Assembly: GCF_009914755.1 (NCBI RefSeq)
Contig: NC_060927.1
Reading direction: 5' to 3' (one strand)
Length of the DNA: 64,000 bases
Source: the human T2T-CHM13v2.0 reference genome, Homo sapiens
Shown: positions 58,259 to 64,000 of the stretch, piece after piece
Position numbering within the stretch: the first letter of the stretch is position 1
How the letters are laid out: the number at the start of each line of letters is the position of its first letter
Position numbers and translations under genes: made by a program
The notes under the pieces: generated by a model
Told to the model about the DNA's origin: nothing
Databases searched by the model: none
The model's input: only the letters and a program-made list of their open reading frames with translations

Positions 58259-60529
58259 CTTGGAGTATTTCTTCTCCACACAAACAAGACTCTCCCTAAG
58301 AGGAATTTTGGTGAAGAGTGTTTTTTCCATCTTGTCACATAGTATTATCATTGTTAGAGGGTAAAAAACTGACCTAAAAATGCTCGTGCCTGGAGTGTCT
58401 GCTTCTCAGTCTCTCCAGACCAACAGAAAAAAGGATCACAGACCAGCCATCTGCTGGGTTTGTTTAACCAAAGAGATGCAGATCAGGACCCATAGCTTGG
58501 AAAGTGAATTTCTAGCACTTAACTAGAGCCATACCCATGGTCACCAACCCAGAGAAGATACCAGTGTTGGGAGCAGATTTAGGCCTGCATGGGGCTGGAG
58601 TCTGGGGCCCCAGGAGCCAGGTGAGAGAGGTAGACCAGTCAGCACAATGGCAGCTATATTCAGTTACCTCTGTGCTAGGGCATGTTGGAGATGGCCAAGG
58701 GCACAGCTGGCCTAGCTGTCCCTGCCCCTAAGGCCTTGCTGTCTGTTGAGGACACTGGTCAAGCCAGCATGTGCAAATATGCAGGCACCTTGAACTCACG
58801 GTGGAAAAGCCGTGGGTGGTAGAAAAGTCCCAGGGGATATGCTTCTAGTCCCATGAGGGACATTAGTTAGCGAAGCTTTGATCTGGAGCATGTCACATTA
58901 CCTTCCCAGATGTGTCATTGATAAAACAAGGGGCTCGCACCAGATGATGACCTCTGTTCCATAAGACTCCACAGCCAAATGGACCCTCAGGGCTGGCATT
59001 TCACTTCTCTATTAGGATTTTCTTTTGGGGGAGCAGGGCTGGATGGACCTGCTCAAATGTTGCGAGAACTTGGGACAGTTATAACACCTTGGTGTGTTTT
59101 GCAGCCTCCTTTGTCATGAGGCTCAGACTGCTAGAGACTCTCCACCCTGTGCCTGATCCCTGTGGTGCTTTTATTTTGACAGGTGGACACAGGTGTTGGG
59201 GGAGCACAGGTGTGGAGATAGGGGCATGCTTCACTCCAGATGTTGGGGGTGCCCAGCACAGCTGACCTGGGTTGACCCCAGCTGGCTGTGTGGTACATCT
59301 GAAAACAGGAGTGCTGGGAGAAAAAGCATCAATGGCTCTCGCTTAGGCCACTCTATGGATGGCAGACCAGACCAGACCATTTAAAATGGCTGTGGATCAT
59401 GAAGGGAGGGACTCAATTGGGACTGGACTGGGGACAATATTGCAGTCTGTGTACAAGAGTGTGGCTCCTCCTTGGAGCCAGCTGTGGGACTTGCCATTGC
59501 CTGCTATAGTATTGGTGGGAATTTGGGGGTCATTTCTGCAGTTTCCCCAGATTCTATAGTCAGACTGGTCCCAGGACATCAGAGAGGTCTCATCTGCCAA
59601 CAGGAGCTCTTGGTGGCCATGCCAGCCTTGGGCAGGGCCCCCTCTCTGGTCAGATGGTGCTGCCCTTGTGACTTGAGAGGCAGGCCCACGCTGAGGGTTT
59701 TTTCCCTTTTTCCTTGGCTGTGTCCCCGTTCCCCAGTACCTTGGGATTCTCTTGGCTGATAACTACCTGAGCACTTCACACCTCATTGAAAAGTCACCAC
59801 AATACTTACCAGATCATTAACAGGAGATTTGAAAAGGCACTTCAAAGCCTCTCTCCCAGAATTGCTGAGACAGGTGTAAGAGTCTATCTGAGCAAAGAGT
59901 AGCCAGTTTAAAGTGATGTTGGGGATTCAAAGAGTAGGTGTTCATGAAGCTGGGTTGAGCATCAGCGGGATAGGTAACCTTCTAATCCGAGCATTGTAAC
60001 AACCCATGCAGTGGTGAGGAGGTCTGACAGTTTTAGATGAAACACAAAATGTATGGACTTTATTGCTCCTCTCACACTTTAATGAGGAATTTGACCGCAA
60101 TTCTAGGTCTTCAAATGCCTGGTACTTATTTTGGCAAGAATAAACATAAACAAATCATTCTGCACCACAGTCTTCATAATTAATTTTACTAATTAAAGTT
60201 AATGAGGTGATATAACTGCAAATCAAATGCCTGAATGGCTGGGGTTGGGTGGGCAGGTAAACTTTCCTTCTACCAAAAATTCTACACGAAGGAAGATAAC
60301 AAAGGGTTGTTTCCAATAGGCAGACTGTTAAATTGCAACCCGTAGAAGAAACCACTTTAGTGAAACTTTAACATTAGTAGTTGCATCATGACAAACCTGA
60401 GTGTTGTTTGAATGGATATACAAGCCTTCCCTACCTGGAAACCTTGTTTTCAGAGATCCTTGTCCACTTGCAAGGGATCTCTGGGTAGCAACAGACTCAA
60501 GTGCAGATCTTTATCTTTCTGCCAGTGGC

Positions 60530-61025
<496 letters not shown>

Positions 61026-62055
61026 GAAGCTGAAAATACTTTTAGTGAGGTTTTTTTTTTTTTTTTCCCATATTCAAAGCTACTTCAGAGCACAACTGCT
61101 TTAAAATGTCACTTCTGGGCCTTCAGCTATGTTACCTCCAAGAGGGCTAATTTGCAAGGTGCCTTTCCTAGATGCCAGACAGGAAACGTAAGCCAAGTAC
61201 AGGAGTGTTTGGACTCGTGGTGACCATCTTTCATGTCGTGCGATCATCTGTCTGGCACTGTGTAGGCTGGAAACAAGGTGTGAAGCAGCCAGCAGTTAGT
61301 GGTGTTTCATATTTGGAAGTAGCAAACTCCACCTAGGATGTCCTGCTATCTGGGTATGACTTGCTAAAATGTCGCTGTGTCCATTTGTGCATGAGACCAA
61401 GCATGCTGTGTGGGCCCAGGTGGGCTGGTCCAAACTGCACACCCCACCCTAGATTGTCTGCCTGACCCCTGGAGGGTGGGCCATGCAGCCGGAGGATGCC
61501 TTTCCCTACATCCATGGTGGGAAAGGTAGGTGCTGGGCGGCCCTAGAGGGGGCAAGGGTGATGGGCAGGAGGCAGTGCTAGGTAGGAAGGTGTCACCAGC
61601 TAGATGGGAATCTATTCTTGGGACTCTCTCATGGATCAACCTGGGGGCCCCACCTAAGTCTTTCAATGTGCTGGTCTCAACTTGTCCTTTTAGATTTTAT
61701 TAAAATCACCTCAAAAATCTGTCCCTTGGCTGATAGACACACAAATATCTCTCATGTATCTCTGGGTATTCTGGGCACTCACATCTCTCTTGACTGCCTC
61801 TGGCCATGGCTCCTGCTGCTGCTGGGCCCCCAGTCTCCGCCGTATGCCGCTGTATTTTCCCACAGACTAGCCTGCCAACCGACTCAGCCCCAGTCTTTTC
61901 TTACCCCTAAAGTTCCACCAGCCCAAGGCTTTGGGTGGAGCAAACTTCCAGACCCAATTCAGAGCCTGGAGACCTCACAAGGATGTCTTTGACCTCATCC
62001 TGGGCCGGATCCTTTACACACTCATGCTACTCCTTGTGCTTTAAAAGTGAAGCAT

Positions 62056-62399
<344 letters not shown>

Positions 62400-62804
62400 T
62401 CATCCAGCATCTCCTCACCCCTCAGAGACCTCTGAGACTCCACCCGCCAGGGCAACACTGCCAGTGCCAAGACCTCCAGGTTGAGAGACAGCGGGGAAAT
62501 CAATTGCAGGGGGATATTTCACCCCTCTGTGTTTCTCAATGTTATGGCTTCAGCATTAAAATCAAATAGCCAGAGATAAGATTCTGCAGGCATAAGCCAA
62601 TTATATGCATATTTCAGGCAAATCATATGCAAATAACACATGTGACTCTGCCCTGGATTGAGTCTGCTCAGATGTGTCTCTTAGAAGCAGGCTAATAGAG
62701 ATAATTGGTAAAGTGCATTTAAGGTGTGGGGGCCACAGGGGCAAGAGGGGAGAATGGCGAATTCTTAAACCCCAACTGCAGGCCAGGAAGTTTTACATAT
62801 GTCA

Positions 62805-63650
62805 TGTGTTCAATTAGCACTTACTCCGTGGCTGCTGTGTGTCCAGAATGGTAATAGGGATAGTGAGATAAATGAAAAGCTGTGCACCCCACCGGAACTC
62901 TCAGATGAGTCGGGACACAAACACGATGACAAGTACAGGATGCTGTGGGGCATGCACAGACCATCTGTCTAAATCACACTGGGGCATCCAGAAAGCTTCC
63001 TGGAGGTGGCGATGCCTGAGCTGTGTTTTGAAGGATAAGTAGGAGATGTTAAATTAAACAAGGGGAAAGGAAAAAATAAAAAATAAAAATAAATTTAAAA
63101 AATAAATAAGGGGAAAGGCGTTGTAGGCTGCCTGGCATATTAAGTGGATCAGCATGGTGCTGGGAGGGGTGCATGCACCAGGTAGGGGAAATGAGGGGAG
63201 AGGGGGTTGGTGAGATACAGGGGCTGGATCATTAGGGGATCAGCATGGAGCTGGGAAGGTGGAGCTTCATCCTGAAAAGTGAGCATGTAAGCAGGAGAAT
63301 AATGAGATAAGGAGATGCTTCTGGAAGCTCTCAGACTGCAACATGGTCCATGGGCTGGAGCAGGTCCAGGTGGGGCAAAGAAGCCAGGCAGGAGGGCTTA
63401 GACCAAGCAATAGTGGGAGAGACAAGGAGGTGGAAATCATCGGGAAGTTATTTAGGATCTCAGAGTAGTAGGACTCTCTGATCAGTCAGTTGTGGAGGGT
63501 GATGGTGAAGAGGAATCCTGTATGATTAGCAGGTTTGGAGCTTGGGAGGTGGACATTGGACCATGGGAAGAAAGCAAGTGAGAGAACAATTTTATTTTGG
63601 ACACATTTGGTGTGAGGAGCTGGAGGGTATCCAAGAAGCCATATCCAAGA
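62805..63650 (-). mobile_element. L2 fragment(s)
   Basis: gaaagcttcctggaggtggcgatgcctgagctg...ttttgaaggataagtagg...attttggacacattt. Confidence 0.7.
63071..63103 (+). mobile_element. Tail-only (poly-A) L1-mediated insertion
   Basis: 33-bp A-rich tract flanked by 15-bp direct repeats aaa(c/t)aaggggaaagg. Confidence 0.65.
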
Positions 63651-63667
63651 TATATGACGCCTCACAC

Positions 63668-63955
63668 TGCCTTGGGTCACATTCTCCAAAAGCAAGTATT
63701 TTATTTGAATGTAAGTATTTTATGATGGAAGTGCTCCCAGGAGAAACCTAGAAGGGAGTGGGGAAAGCAGGACCAGGAAGGGGAGGAAGCCAAGCAGAGT
63801 GAGACCTCAGCAGCCCTGTAGAGGGTGGCTTCATCCTGATTCCACAGGGAGCACTGGATGGAAGTTACACCTCGGAATTTGTCCCCACTCTAAGCCAGGG
63901 GACTCGGCTGTCCTACTCCCACTCCTGTCTGTTATGAGCCTGGGGCTGCCCTGGG
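63668..63955 (-). mobile_element. ERVL LTR (LTR16-like)
   Basis: tgccttgggtcacattctccaaaagca...gtgctcccaggag...ggaaggggaggaagccaagc...ggctgccctggg. Confidence 0.65.
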
Positions 63956-64000
63956 TAAGGATGGGGAGGAAATTAGCAGGCACTTCAAGGTCTCAGAGTA

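Noticed and set aside
62600-62640. Octamer ATGCAAAT with a nearby ATGCATAT
   Set aside because: A single short motif also found elsewhere in the window; insufficient to call an enhancer or snRNA promoter.

Overview
Human-like (primate) genomic DNA, rich in repeats. It contains one recognisable protein-coding gene: intronless TMEM158 (RIS1, 300 aa, minus strand, 43488-44390), lying in a ~1.6 kb CpG island. From memory this locus is chr3p21.31, between CDCP1 and LARS2. The rest is intergenic: about 32 Alu copies, MIR/L2/L1M fragments, MaLR (MLT1/MST) and ERVL (LTR16/LTR33-like) LTRs, an ERV-L pol fossil, an ERV1-type solo LTR and DNA transposons (MER5A, MER94, Tigger3a, MER1A). Nearly all other ORFs in the track are Alu-derived or GC-shadow ORFs. 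I found no convincing new multi-gene system. The best leads are: (1) the TMEM158 ectodomain reads like a degenerate FNDC9/LRFN-type fibronectin-III domain with a furin-like site in an inserted loop; (2) a uORF with a good Kozak context sits just upstream of the TMEM158 start; (3) an open Arg-rich alternative frame lies behind the poly-Ala GCN tract; (4) a decayed LINE ORF1-like reading frame is present at ~15.3-15.6 kb; (5) several mechanistically informative retroelement scars occur (tail-only insertion, mini-Alu, trimeric Alu, recurrent hairpin-forming mutations at one Alu position). Repeat subfamily names and boundaries were assigned by eye and are approximate.
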